A stretch of DNA of 64,000 bases. Origin: Octopus sinensis. Its lineage: Eukaryota. The stretch spans positions 35,092,001 to 35,156,000 of the forward strand of contig NC_042999.1 of assembly GCF_006345805.1 (NCBI RefSeq), written 5' to 3'. Under the pieces are notes generated by a model. That model did no database searches and was not told the origin of the DNA. It worked only from the letters and a program-made list of their open reading frames with translations. A program made the translations under genes and the position numbers. Of this stretch, positions 50,465-63,320 are shown piece by piece; within the stretch, counting starts at the first letter, position 1; each line of letters begins with the position of its first letter.

Positions 50465-53400
50465 CAATAAACTTGGATAAACTTAGATATGTTTCGACCA
50501 AAGATTGGTCCAGGCTTGGTCTAACTTAATAGCAACACCTGATAGGATTATCTAAATCCTTTTTAAGTCAAGTTTTGTTTATGGTCCATTCAAGTAGTGA
50601 GTTCTTTTTGAGTAAGTTGTATCCAGGTATGGGTGGCTTATCTGGTATTCCTTGAAGAAAACTGTCCAGACTCCCTTTAAAGGTGATGGGATCTTTTTCC
50701 TCTTTGATCAGTTTTGGGACAATGTTAAACGGGGCAGGGTCTGTTGAGGAAAAGAAATTATGTCGCAGTGTACCTATATGTTGTGATCCTGAATTGGACA
50801 GAGGACATATGGCCCCTAGTCCCAGCCTTGGATGAACCTGAAACTAATGTTCAGGTCGTTTGGGCAATGCTGGTGGTATATTCTCCACATCGTACAAATG
50901 ATATACCGTTCGCAGCAGCGCTGGAGAGAGTAGAGTTTCAATGCTTTAAGGCGGTCCCAGTAATCGAGACCAGTTATGCCTTCAATTCGTATAGTGAGTG
51001 CCCCCTGGGGGTGATTCAATCCTCAAGATGTTTTGTTTTGTATGGGGAGACCACAAGGGAGAGCATTGTTCGAGGTGTGGCCATACAAAGGAGGAGAAAA
51101 GTGGAATGATGGCACCTTGTTCTCTGGACCGGAAGGTTCTTAAGATCCAGGAGCTCATCTTACGAGCTATATTGACTTTATTGTTGATGTGGGCACTCCA
51201 ACTGAGATTGTCATCAACAATTACACCCAGGTCTCTGATATTATTAGATGCCGTGAGCGGTTCCTCTGAAGGAAGAGAGTATGGCTATTTTAGTATAGAC
51301 TTTCTTCCAAAATGCATCAGCTTGAATTTTCCCTCGTTCAGTTGCATTTTGTTTTTGTCTGCCCATTGACTCACAGAATATAGATTAGACTGGAGTTGAG
51401 TTCGGTCTTCTTCATTGATGATTTGCTGGAGTTTAGTGTCATCAGCAAATATTTTCACTTTGCAGTGATTCACGACGCTGGAAAGGTCATTTATGTAAAT
51501 TAGAAATAGGAGCGGGCCCAAGACAGTTCCTTGAGGGACACCACTGGTGACTTTTGCTGGGCTTGGGTGGACTCCATCGATCACAACTTCTTGTGTTCTA
51601 TTCGCCGGGAAGTAGTTAATTCAGTGTAGAAGTTTTCCACGGATTCCGACATTCGCCAATTTTGAGAGTAAAATATTATTTCCAACCCTTCGAACGCTTT
51701 ACTGAAGTCAAGATATATGACATCAGAGTTCGAACCTGTTCCCAAGGCTTTAAGTATATCTTCAATGAGGTGTTGAGAGCTGTGTTAGAGAGTGAAAGCC
51801 AGGCTGATTTGTATTTAGGAGTTTGTGGGTCTCCAAGAAGTCAGCTATCCTTGATCTTACCACTCTTTCAAACACTTTAATGATGTGGGAGGTGAGTGAG
51901 ATTGGGTGGTAGTTGACTGCGAAGGATCTGTTTCCCTGTTTGAAAACCGGCATGACAGACTGGGATAGGAGCTGTTTCGGTATATAACCTGAGTCTAAAG
52001 AATTTCTCTAGAGTTTGGTCAGAGGGACTGCAAGTTGGTGTCTACATTCCTTCAAGAGACAAGCAGGGAATCTATCAGGGCCTACAGCAGAATAGTATTT
52101 GACCTCACTTATTGCTGCTATGATGTCGGAAGCAGTGAAGATTATGTCCGAGATTTTATGTTGGGAATCAACTTCGTTCGCTTCTCTTACGTCAATATCA
52201 GTGGGATCACTAAAGACAGAGCAGTATTGTTTCTGCAGTATTTCTACTATTTCTTTAGCACCGTACTGGGGAATGCCGTTATCATCGATCAATGGCCCAA
52301 TGGGTGAGACAGCGACTCTATGCTTATTTGCATAAGAATAGAACACCTTTGGGTTCTGTTTGATGTTTTTGATTACCCACTATTCCTCCACAGCTCTTTG
52401 ATTTTCAATGGAGGTTTTCGTGTCGGTCTGCAGATGAAGTTTTTTTCACTCCAGCCTTTTCATTTTTGTTGAATATGAATGTTGTATGTGTGAGTATTTT
52501 AATTGGTTGATGTTTTTATTGAGTCTTTTGATGCGCCTAATGAGTGCTTTTTTTGGGGGGGGGAGCCGGTTTCTGTTTGTGTTAGTGGATTTTGTAGGAG
52601 CGTGTTTTGAGCATGTATAGGTGACAATGTTCTCAAAGTGTTGCAACGCGGTCTCAATGTGATTGGAACTGAGAGTGAAAGACTAGTCGATGAAGGATAG
52701 ATCCTTTCTGATTGCTCCACAGTCCGCTTTGTGGAAGTTTATGTTGTCAAATGAGAGCTGTGGAGTTAGATTGGCTGGTTTGGTTTTTATATGTCGGGAA
52801 TTAAAATTGCAGAGTACCATGTCGTGGTCTGAGAGGAGAGTTTTTTCAACTGAAATACTGTGAACGAAGCTAGAGTGGTTGGTTAATATTAAAGCCAAGA
52901 TCGTTTTATTCTGTCTTGTTGGTTCAATCACTAGCTGAGTCAGGAAGAATTTATCCATTAGATTAAAGAGTATTTCTGCTGCTGTTTTATCTGATGTAGA
53001 GCATTTGCCTAACTTCAGAGTATTTGCGGGCCAGTTTATATGAGGGAGGTTAAAATCCCCCATCATTATGTTTCCGGAGTTGTATTTTTGAAGGAAGGAT
53101 TTTTTTAAGTACTCTTCAAAGCACTTTACAAGTGCTTGGGGAGACCTATAAAGACCAACAAGGATTATGTCTTTGGCTTTATTGAATAGTGATATAGATT
53201 CACAATAGCCATTGAAAAATATGCCCTTGGCCTCAACTGAAAAGGAGTCATGGAGAAAGATGGCTGTTCCCTCTTTATTTCGGCCTGTGCGATCTGCACG
53301 GACGATGGTGAAATCATATATTTTCACCTCGGCACATGTGCGCTGTTTAGGTGAGTTTCAGTAAGGATAAAGGAAGGGAAGCAATGTTCCGTTTCGACAA

Positions 53401-55120
53401 GCTAGGTCTCTATATATGGGATCTTCCATTTTGGGGCAATGAGTGATGAGTTGATGCCACATACATTTAACAGGTATGTCGAGGTAAGGGTAGTTTGATG
53501 TTTGCATTGTTCTAAGTTATGTTTTATGTTGTTCAGAGGTAGCAATGTGGGTAGTTTTTGGATGGAGCTGTGTGTGTATGATTTTCTAGTTGGTGGTGGG
53601 TGTGGGTGTGGGTTCCTTGTGTTTTGCATAAATGGTTGCTGATAGCTCGTTCGATCTCCTGGCTTAGGTCAGACTTCATAACTTCATATTCTCTAGATAA
53701 GTTAGTAAAGAAGAGTTGCCTCTGGTTTGCCACTTGGTCAGAGGATACATAGTTCATGTTTAGGTTATTTGGTGTTATGGTTTTCCTATAGTTCTGTCTT
53801 CGTTGTTTGGCTTTAGGAGGTGGAATGTGGTTGTGTTTTGTTTTTGTTATTGTCGTAGGTCTCTTCTGTTGCTGTTTATATTTATTTTTTGATCGTTTTG
53901 TGCCCTTCAGATGGTTGCATTCTGGGTTCAAGCACATCCTTAGTGACGCAAAATTTTGGCACAGTTTATGATGGAAGAAAATGCATCCATTGCCTTTTGT
54001 GCATCCATATTTAGGATCAGGGCCATGGACTCTGTATTTAGGACAGTATTTGGGGTGGAGGTGAGGGCAGTTTTCCCCGTTATACCTTATGGACAGGTGC
54101 CCTTAACAAGTCTAGGGCATAAGGTAGGATGGAAAAATGCTCAGTGTCCATTGTTGGTGGCGCCGCTGGGGCCAAATTTAGTTACCTTGAGAATGGTAAC
54201 AACAGGGGTTTTGACGTGGGCATAGTGGAGGTTTATATACTGGCAGGCTCGTTGGTCAGGAGTCCTACTGTAGTAGCAGTAGCAGACTGTTGTTGTTGTT
54301 GTTGCTGTACCGGCAGTGAAACTTGACTTGCAACAGTAGGGCTGGGTGGAATCAAGTCAGATAGTGGTGCCAAACAAGGTGCTTCCAATGTAGTATCATT
54401 AGAAGGCTGTTGTTGTGATAGTGAGTCCTGGCTTGCCAAGGTAGTGTTGGGTGGAATTAGGTCAGATAACGATATCAATGAGGATGTTGTTTGTTGCTGA
54501 CTAGCGAGTTGTTGAAATAACCCCTGACCTGTTGGAGTTAGGTCAGTTGGTGCACTACATCGATTGACAAGTATGGCTTCTAGTGTTGCCATGTGTGTGT
54601 GTGTAAAGTATGAAATGATCTTGTGATTTCTTTTATTTTGTTTTCGATCTGTTTTACAGATCTGTAAAAGGATTGTGATGCTAATTTTTCAGCGATTTTA
54701 CCGTAGGCATTCGCTTTTACACAATCGTTATGGTGAGTGTACCAAGCGTTTATCAATGCACTGATTTCGTTTTCTACCCAGTTGTGTTTTAGAATATTAT
54801 TGGCCATATTCAGTGGGATATTATTATACACTGTACGTCAGTTAATGATGACTTGGTGTATAATAGTGAATGCACCGTTGAAAAGTTTGTGTCTCTATAT
54901 TCGGAAATGCGTGGCTATATCTGGGCGTGTGTGAGAGAGAGTTCAGTGTATTTAGTACAAATCAGAATGAGTGGTGTGTTTAATACAAATCAAGAGAAAA
55001 CAATTGTACTCACGGGACTAGTTTTAGATTTAATCTTGGGTTTAGTTTTGGTTTATATTTGTTTCTCCACGTGTATATTTATCCTCCGATAATAGTAAAA
55101 TAGTAGAATAGTAGAATTCA
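50465..55120 (-). mobile_element. CR1-like (Jockey/L2 group) LINE, near full length, decayed
   Basis: APE endonuclease (GLYRSP, MMGDFNLPHINW, EPTRQNKTILALILTN, LLSDHD; ~52683-53400); RT (NYHPISLTSHIIKVFERVV, SGVPQGTVLGPLLFLIYINDL, IFADDTKL); upstream ORF1; 3' tail as at 5521-5872. Confidence 0.9.
53880..54831 (-). pseudogene. LINE ORF1 remnant: Myb/SANT-like N-terminus, S/T/Q/P-rich linker, tandem CCCH-like fingers
   Basis: WVENEISALINAW..KANAYGKIAEKL..FYRSVKQIENKIKEI; CPKYRVHGPDPKYGCTKGNGCIFFH and CQNFASLRMCLNPECNHL; frameshifts. Confidence 0.6.
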
Positions 55121-56257
55121 AGAATTCTGGGACTAAAACAAGGTAAAAACAATTGATGAAGAAAATATTAATATCATTTTTGCATAAGAATGGTGTGTCA
55201 CATTTATAGAAGATGACTCAGAAATTATGGTATTTATCGATGATTTATTGATGGTATCAAATTACATACGAAACAGTTCAAGTAGGGGTCGCCATCAGAT
55301 CGCATAATTTGTTAGCGATAACTATCAAAATGTGAAAACCAACATATTAAAAATGCTAATTCTGATATTACATTTAAATGGGCTTAAGACGCAAAACGAA
55401 AAGGAAATAGATTGTATGATGTTAAAGAAAGTTGGTTGGCAAGAACTCACAACCATGTTGATAATTCTATATTATGGCTTACTGACCATATTATGTTGCA
55501 ACGGAATTATGAGAAACCCTGTTTAGGAAGTTCTTCAGCAAAATATATTGTTCGAAATGTAACGGCTTGCTCCAGTCGAGTGTTCTGTAATTGGATGTTG
55601 TTATTTAGATGTTGGCCATTAGACAGCTGTAACGCTTACCAGGGAGTGACATGCTATCGCTTCGTGGAAGATAATCAGCGCTCAATTATGAGACTAATCG
55701 TTGTTAACTGTCTACTATTTCCTCTTGATGATGAAACTGTTCATAAATCATTGTAATATGTGGTTATTATTTCCTTATAATTTGTTGTGGTGATGACACG
55801 TGACTCGGTTCTCATGCGTAGTTTTTCTAAGCCCTAACATAGAGAGATATACGTTATTTTTGTTGTTGTTCTTGTTTTTATTATTGTTATTGCTATTTAG
55901 CCTCAAGTCAATAGTGATTTTAAAAATCTATTACCAAAATCATTTGTTTATTATTTCTACATCATGAATTGAGCATTTTAGGTATTTATATTACACATCT
56001 GTCGACACAACCACTACCACTGCTACCACCATTGCTACCACCAGCATCAACAGCATGCATAATGCTAATACAGCGTCTAGCAAGACTACTGGTAAGAACT
56101 TCGCTAAAGCAGTTCGAATGCGAAAATAATTTATTCTTGCATTCGTTATTTCTGCAAAATTCGAAAAATGCTAAAAGTTCTTTAACCAAAAATGGAAGAG
56201 CAATGTCCTCTAATAAACCACAACAGATCCAGGAGGACGCACAGAAAAGGTCCTACA

Positions 56258-56578
56258 CATAGGAATTGAGGCACCCTTCAGTCATGACTGACCGTGGGAT
56301 TGCACCTAGAAAGTTACCCTCCCAGACACAACTCCGAACAAGGTTGTTTATGGAAGACCAGCAGTCGCCCATGCATACTGGCTCCCCTCTCCATGCCACC
56401 AGTGTTATCCGAGGGAAAGGCAACAGCGGATACAGTTTGGCACTTGTAACGTCGCAACTCATTTCTACAGCTGAGTGAACTGGAGCAACGTGAAATAAAG
56501 TGTTTTGCTCAAGAACACAACACGCAGCCCGGTCCGGGATTCGAACTCACAACCTCACTACCGCAAGCTAGACGCTCT
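56258..56578 (-). mobile_element. tRNA-derived SINE with conserved core and LINE-like tail
   Basis: Minus-strand head GGCGCATGGCTCAGTGGCTAGAGCG..GAGTTCGAATCCC; TTGAGCAAAACACTTTATTTCACGTTGCTCCAGTTCACTCAGCTG core. Confidence 0.85.
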
Positions 56579-57009
56579 AGCCACTGAGCCATGCGCCTTC
56601 ACATGACACATAGGAATATATGTCTGAAAACTAGAAAAGTAGGGCAAATGACAAACCCAGATTGAAAAGTGTTTCGAAGGTACAACCAAAACTATCTGAC
56701 GGGAGAAGTTTCGGCAGAGACGAGATTTCTTCCTCGGAGGAGGCCAGGGAGGATTTGGTAACACTAAAGAGTCAGTAACTAGACCTCATATTTATATGCG
56801 TTGGCCAGTGTGAGATAAAAATAAAAATAATCAATGTGCTACCAGAAATACATAAATTTTGTAAAGAAACAAAATTATTTACATGGAAGATTATCGTTCC
56901 CACAGTTATCATGTTCTCAATACGTGGGAAATATCAGTTATTTTCTGATTGATTTGCATTTTATTTTAGCTTCCGAGTGGGTCTCAAGCAGAAGCTTACT
57001 ATCATTCTT

Positions 57010-57565
57010 ATTGAGTGAGAGAGCAGGGCATGCCTTCAAAGTGAAACTGGGATGAAATTCACGAAGCCCAGTTTACCCATCATGACTACCGTCTGATAAG
57101 GGTACACCAGGCTCATGCATCACAACCAAATGTGCGCGAAATAGTGATCTCATATCAAAATAAACTGCGCATGACCTTGCAGGTGGGGCCCAGTTAGAAT
57201 TTTCTTCGGGTCGAGTAGTCTATGCCGTTCAAAAGGTCCTTTGAATAAGGGTCGTTTAAGGATGTTGAAAAAACACGTTTCCAAAGTAAACAATCCAAAC
57301 CCCAAAGAATTTCTTTCCTCACAAGGCTATGATGCTCCCCCACTACTTCTGCTCGTGATCAGAGATGCACATATCCTCAGCCAGTAAGGGACATGCTCAA
57401 CTGGTTACGGTCAAACAACTGACAAGCAAATATCTGTGGTATTGAGTAGAATATTTGCTGTAGCCCATCTTTTATACCAAAACAAAATATTATATATAAT
57501 AACACTTCCAATCAGTTAAGATCAGAAACCATGAGAGCCACTGCCTGGTACTGCATCAGGGCATT
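57010..57565 (-). mobile_element. Dispersed repeat, longer copy of the 45610 element, bounded by (TTA)-type tracts
   Basis: Alignment to 45610-45960. Confidence 0.75.
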
Positions 57566-57628
57566 ATTATTTTTTTTTCTTTTTAAATTATTATTATCAT
57601 CATCATCATTATTATTATTATTATTATT

Positions 57629-57835
57629 AAGGCGGCGATCTGGCATAATCGTTAACACGCTGGACGAATTGCTTAGCGGTATTTCGTTCGTCGCTACGTT
57701 CTGAGTTCAAAATTTGCCGACGTCGACTTTGTCTTGCATCCTTTCAGAGTCGATAAATTAAGTATCAGTGAAACACTGGTGGTCGATGTAATCGACTAGT
57801 CCCCTTCCCCAAAATTTCAGGCCTTGTGCCTTTAG
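57629..57835 (+). mobile_element. SINE family B
   Basis: AAGGCGGCGATCTGGCATAATCGTTAAC..GAGTTCAAAAT..GGTCGATGTAATCGACT. Confidence 0.85.
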
Positions 57836-57851
57836 TAGAAAGGATGATTAC

Positions 57852-57906
<55 letters not shown>

Positions 57907-58849
57907 TGATGAAACCTCTCAGCTTATTCTGTTGGGTATGATGGAAAATGCCAGCTGTTAACAGACAGCAGATTACAATTGTACTGTTACTGATTAGTTC
58001 AAAGAAACCCATTATTTCAAAAATTTTTATATCAATCTTCAATGTTAGCCTTGCGAGATGCAACGAGACAGCGATTTAATATGTTCAGTTGTGATATAAA
58101 TCTACTCCAAAACCTACTTCAACTCCATTGAATAGACACGGTTGAAATTTCGTTTCATTACACTTAAATAATAAAAAGATTATTGGTTTATATGTCTCCT
58201 CAAACAACTGCGTTTCATTTTAGCCTTTAACTAAAAACAAATATGCAACGATCACTCCTAATGTTCCATTTTGTTGGTAATGAAAAAACAGACAAACTGG
58301 ACTTTTTGTAATTTTAGTATTGTTTGTGGCTATAACAAAAAGAACATGATGTTCATTATTAACATTTGAATTTATTATCATTCACTCGGCTATTGTATCT
58401 TTTTTTCTTTCAATATTTGACAGTTTCAAATACAAAATGTTGGCAGTTTTATGAAGATTACACTTGTATCAGTTTTATCTCCCTCCCATCCTCTCATACT
58501 TTCTATCTTTCTCACTTTTATTACACAGATATTTAAATTCTCATTTATGATTTTAACTTGCAAAACATTAAAAAGTTTTGAAGTAAATGAAGCTGCTGAG
58601 ATTGTTTTTACTTTACATAAAACTAACGTGCTTATCTATAAAATGGTTGGATTCATTTACTTCTGCGTTATCCTTTACTTGAACACCTATTCCCACATCG
58701 TAAATTTATTTTCATTATGTTAAAATGATTTCCAAGATAATTTAAATGATTTAAACATGAGCAGTTTACAGAAAGTATTATATATTTCTCATTTTAAATA
58801 TTTTGATTGACGAATATAACCATTGCTATAATATGTAATATTATTTTTT

Positions 58850-59570
58850 TTTACTACCCACAAGGGGCTAAACACAGAGAGGACAAATAAGGGCAGACAA
58901 ACGGATTAAGTCGATTACATCGACCCCAGTGCGTAACTGGTACTTAGTTTATCGACTCCGAAAGGATGAAAAGCAAAGTCGACCTCATGGAAACTTGAAC
59001 TCAGAACGTAACTGCAGACGAAATACGTATTTCTTTATTACCCACAAGGGGCTAAACATAGAGGGGACAAACAAGGACAGACATAGGTATTAAGTCGATT
59101 ATATCGACCCCAGTGCGTAACTGGTACTTAATTTATCGATCCCGAAAGGATGAAAGGCAAAGTCGACCTCGGCGGAATTTGAACACACAACGTAACGACA
59201 GACGAAATACAGCTACGCATTTCGCCCGGCGTGCTAACGTTTCTGCCAGCTCGCCGCCTTCATGTAATATTATTATATATCATAAGTACCAGCTGAGCAC
59301 TGGCGTCGATGTAATCGACTTGTGCTTGCCCTCGAAATTGCTGGCCTTGTGCTAAAATTTGAAACCAATATCATTACTTATCTTAAGGCGGCGATCTGGC
59401 AGAATCATTAGCACGCCGGGCAAAATGTTGAGCAGTATTTTGTCCATCTTTAAGTTCTGAGTTCAAATTCTGTCGAGGTCAGTTTCGCTTTTCATCCTTT
59501 CGGGGTCGATAAAATTTGTACCAGTTGATACCCTCCATTAAATTTGCTGACCTTGTGCTAAAATTTGAAA
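58850..59570. mobile_element. Cluster of SINE family B copies in both orientations
   Basis: Minus copies at 58850-59030 (head missing) and 59030-59260; plus copies at ~59275-59365 (partial) and 59385-59570. Confidence 0.85.
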
Positions 59571-60519
59571 TCAAAATTATTACATATTTTGTACGTTTTA
59601 CAAACTTATACGTTAACTTTATGAAATTGTAGAAAGTTATACGTTTTGGATAACAGATTAGTAATGTGTCAAATTTGCATATTGTTTAAACATGTTTTAT
59701 ATATAAAGAAGTTGCTGAAGTGTTATGCAATCATCTCTAAATTAAAAGTAGCCGACAGAAAAAAGATTCAGCTATAAATTCGTATTATAAAGATAAGTGG
59801 AAACTCACACACGTAACAAAGCAAATAATTCAAGAAACTGAAACTTAAGCTGATGACCAAAACATTTTATTTCTAATGAAGTATTGTAATTATCATTTGT
59901 TTTTTTACTCATTAATGCCAAATTAGAATCGACGTTAATAATAATCTTCACTTAATGCATTATTCGATTCTCAGAACTAAATTTAGTTTCTAAAGTCCAC
60001 TCTGTTTTTAAAAAAAAATAAAACATATTGTTGATGTATCGTTGATTTATTGAAAAACAAAAGCATATTGAACTGGCATGAGATATTCATGTCTTAAAAG
60101 ACAGAGTGGAATTTACCGCAATGTTGAAATATACGATTTAAAAACACTGAATTAATGAGGAAACAACGAGGTTTATTTTCGTTTGAAGTACTTAACGTCA
60201 TCGACCATAATTAGTTATGCGATAATTCTTTTACAATAGTTCTTTTATTATTTTAACGGAGATAAAAAAAACTGCTTGCTTTAATTAATTGGTAATTGAG
60301 TTGAAATATATAGTTCACCCATCTTTCCCCAAGATATTGCTTTCACAACAACTACTACTAAGGTATTTATTCTTTCTACCATTTTTGTTTATCATTACAA
60401 ATGTTTATCAGCCGTGATAAAAAAAAAGATTTTCTTGATTTCAAGATAAAATATTTATAGATACCCGGTGCTTTATGTGAATATATAATTTTCATGGCCA
60501 ATATATTCAAGCTTGCATG

Positions 60520-60710
60520 TATACATACATACATACATACATACATACATACATGCATGCATGCATGCATGCATGCATACATACACACATACATACATAC
60601 ATACATACATACATACATACATACATACATACATACATGCATGCATGCATGCATGCATACATACATACATACATACATACATACATACATACATACATAC
60701 ATACATACAT
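60520..60710. repeat. (ATAC)n/(ATGC)n microsatellite
   Basis: Directly visible. Confidence 0.95.
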
Positions 60711-61222
60711 AATATGTATGTGTGTGTATAAATATATGTATGTGATTGAGTGAGTGTATATATTTTGTGTTGGTGTGTGCATATTCCTGTACACATGCTG
60801 GAATATATTAATGTATAAACATGCATATATTACATAAATATTTTCTATTATCCTTATACAATTTGAATATAGGTGCCAAATCAACTTTGGAGCATTTCTG
60901 CTATATCTTTTGCACCCAGGCACAACAATATATTTTCTTTATCCCTTCTGCATATTTCTATTTTATTCTTGCATTAATTTAAAGTTTTTTCCCCCATTTA
61001 CCATTACAATGCGAGTTTCGGCACCTGTGCTTCATCAAATACGAATTTGTTTATATTACCCTGGAACAGTAAATGAATTTTAAAATAACAGACATAACCT
61101 ATGCATCCACACATTAATGTACATCTGTATGTGTGCATTTGTTTCTCTCTACATGCATGCAAACATGAATGTAGTTATATACATAAGTGTGTATATGTGT
61201 ATGTCCATGAGGGTATGTATGC

Positions 61223-61835
<613 letters not shown>

Positions 61836-61844
61836 CTACGTATG

Positions 61845-61985
61845 TGTTGGTGTGTTTACGTCCCCGTAAATTAGCGGTTCGGCAAAAGAATCGATAGAAT
61901 AGGTACCAGACTTTAAAAAAATAAGTACTGGTGTCGATTCAACGCATGTCTGCAGTCTAATGACTGAAACACATAAGAGATAAAA
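61845..61985 (+). mobile_element. SINE family A 3' fragment
   Basis: GGTGTGTTTACGTCCCCGTAAATTAGCGGTTCGGCAAAAGA..AATGACTGAAAC. Confidence 0.8.
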
Positions 61986-62984
61986 GAAAAGGAGGTAAAA
62001 ACGGCTTTTGGTCAACTTTCTCAATTACTGAGAAATCGAATAAATCAACATAGTGACATGTAAACTAAATATACAAATTCTTGTGGTATTTAAAAGTGCA
62101 CCATGTATAATGGTTTCTTGTTGGACTGAAAAGGAAACCATTTTGTTGAGAATAATTGTATTCGAGGGTTTTAGTTTGATTCTGTGTAGGAATTTAATGA
62201 TAAATTATAGAACATTCTTAACTCGTGACATTACTGGCCTGAGGGATCTTTGTTAAACATTCCATTCGAAATAAGTGCATCCGTTAGAGTGTCTCCGCTT
62301 TTCATCATGTAGTTCCTTTTCTTCTTTTAAGTCTACTTTCTGTTTCCGTATCATTTTTACAATTTCTTCTTCAACCTTCCTTTTCTTCTCCTACTCCTAT
62401 TCATCCTCCTTCGGTCTATTTTCCTTCTCTTTCACTTGCTTTTTCATTCTTTTCTACTTCTTCACCTTTCTCTTCTTTTCCTCCTGTTTCTTATTCGTCT
62501 TTTTTTCTGTTTTGTTCTTCTTGTTCGTAATCTTGATTTTCTGGTTATTATCATTACTGTTGTTATTGATTCTGTTCATATGTCATTTACTACTTCTTTT
62601 TATTACTCTCATACCCTCTGAATCTCTTTACATATACTCTTCAGCATTTTCTTCTCGTTGTTCTTGTTATTTCTGCGATATGTTCTTTGTTTTGTTTTTT
62701 TTCATTTTGTTCCTTCCTATTTCCACATTGTATTATTTGTTTTTTGTTGTTGTTTTTTATGAAGAATTTCTGTGATGTTTTGCTGTTCGTCATGCCCACC
62801 ATATCTCAGTTTATGTTTTATCTTGTTAGTACTTATAAATCTAATTTACCTCAGATCATTCTTTTAGAACCCATGGTTTGTTCCTTCTTTAATATATTAA
62901 GAGATGCAAAACTGGGTGTTTTAAGTTAGTAGATGAGATCATAGAATTCTAACTAGAAATACTATTTAAACCCTTCGCTCATTA

Positions 62985-63320
62985 TGAAACCTAGGCAACC
63001 GGCGACTTTTCTCCACTGTCCTCGACTACGAGCTATCTTTTTTGGTTTTCTCCAGTTGGATCAGCTCTGCAGCCTTGCATCTTCCTTTCGAATTTTGCTG
63101 TACCGCGTCATATGTTTCCCTCAAGGGAAGGTCTTTCTATCCTTGGTCTTGGTAGTTTTGAACTGTCATCGATGTAAGCTTAATTTCACCTCGAGAAAGC
63201 GATTGTCCATGTTATTCTCACCTTTATTCTTTGACCTATCTAGTATGGGTGGTCCTACCAGGCCCTTGTATTTTACTGGCATAGTTCTCAGGCTCATTGA
63301 GGTTTACAAGCCGCTAAACC
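62985..63320 (-). mobile_element. Bipartite RTE derivative (5' leader joined to the ORF2 3' end)
   Basis: Leader homologous to 9138-9362, followed by a region reading ..IARSRGQWRKVAGCLG, resembling the RTE A.DR..WR terminus. Confidence 0.6.

Noticed and set aside
55412-55756. Cys-rich ORF with a C-type-lectin-like YQGVTCYRFV
   Set aside because: The downstream Trp/Cys pattern of the domain is absent, and the match is too short to support a call.
56635-56778. Neuropeptide-precursor-like frame (..SDGRSFGRDEISSSEEARED..)
   Set aside because: There is no start or signal peptide, the acceptor is weak, and there is only one monobasic site; it could be chance.
62275-62775. 166-aa Phe/Leu-rich plus-strand ORF as a membrane protein
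   Set aside because: It is the antisense of a purine-rich low-complexity tract.
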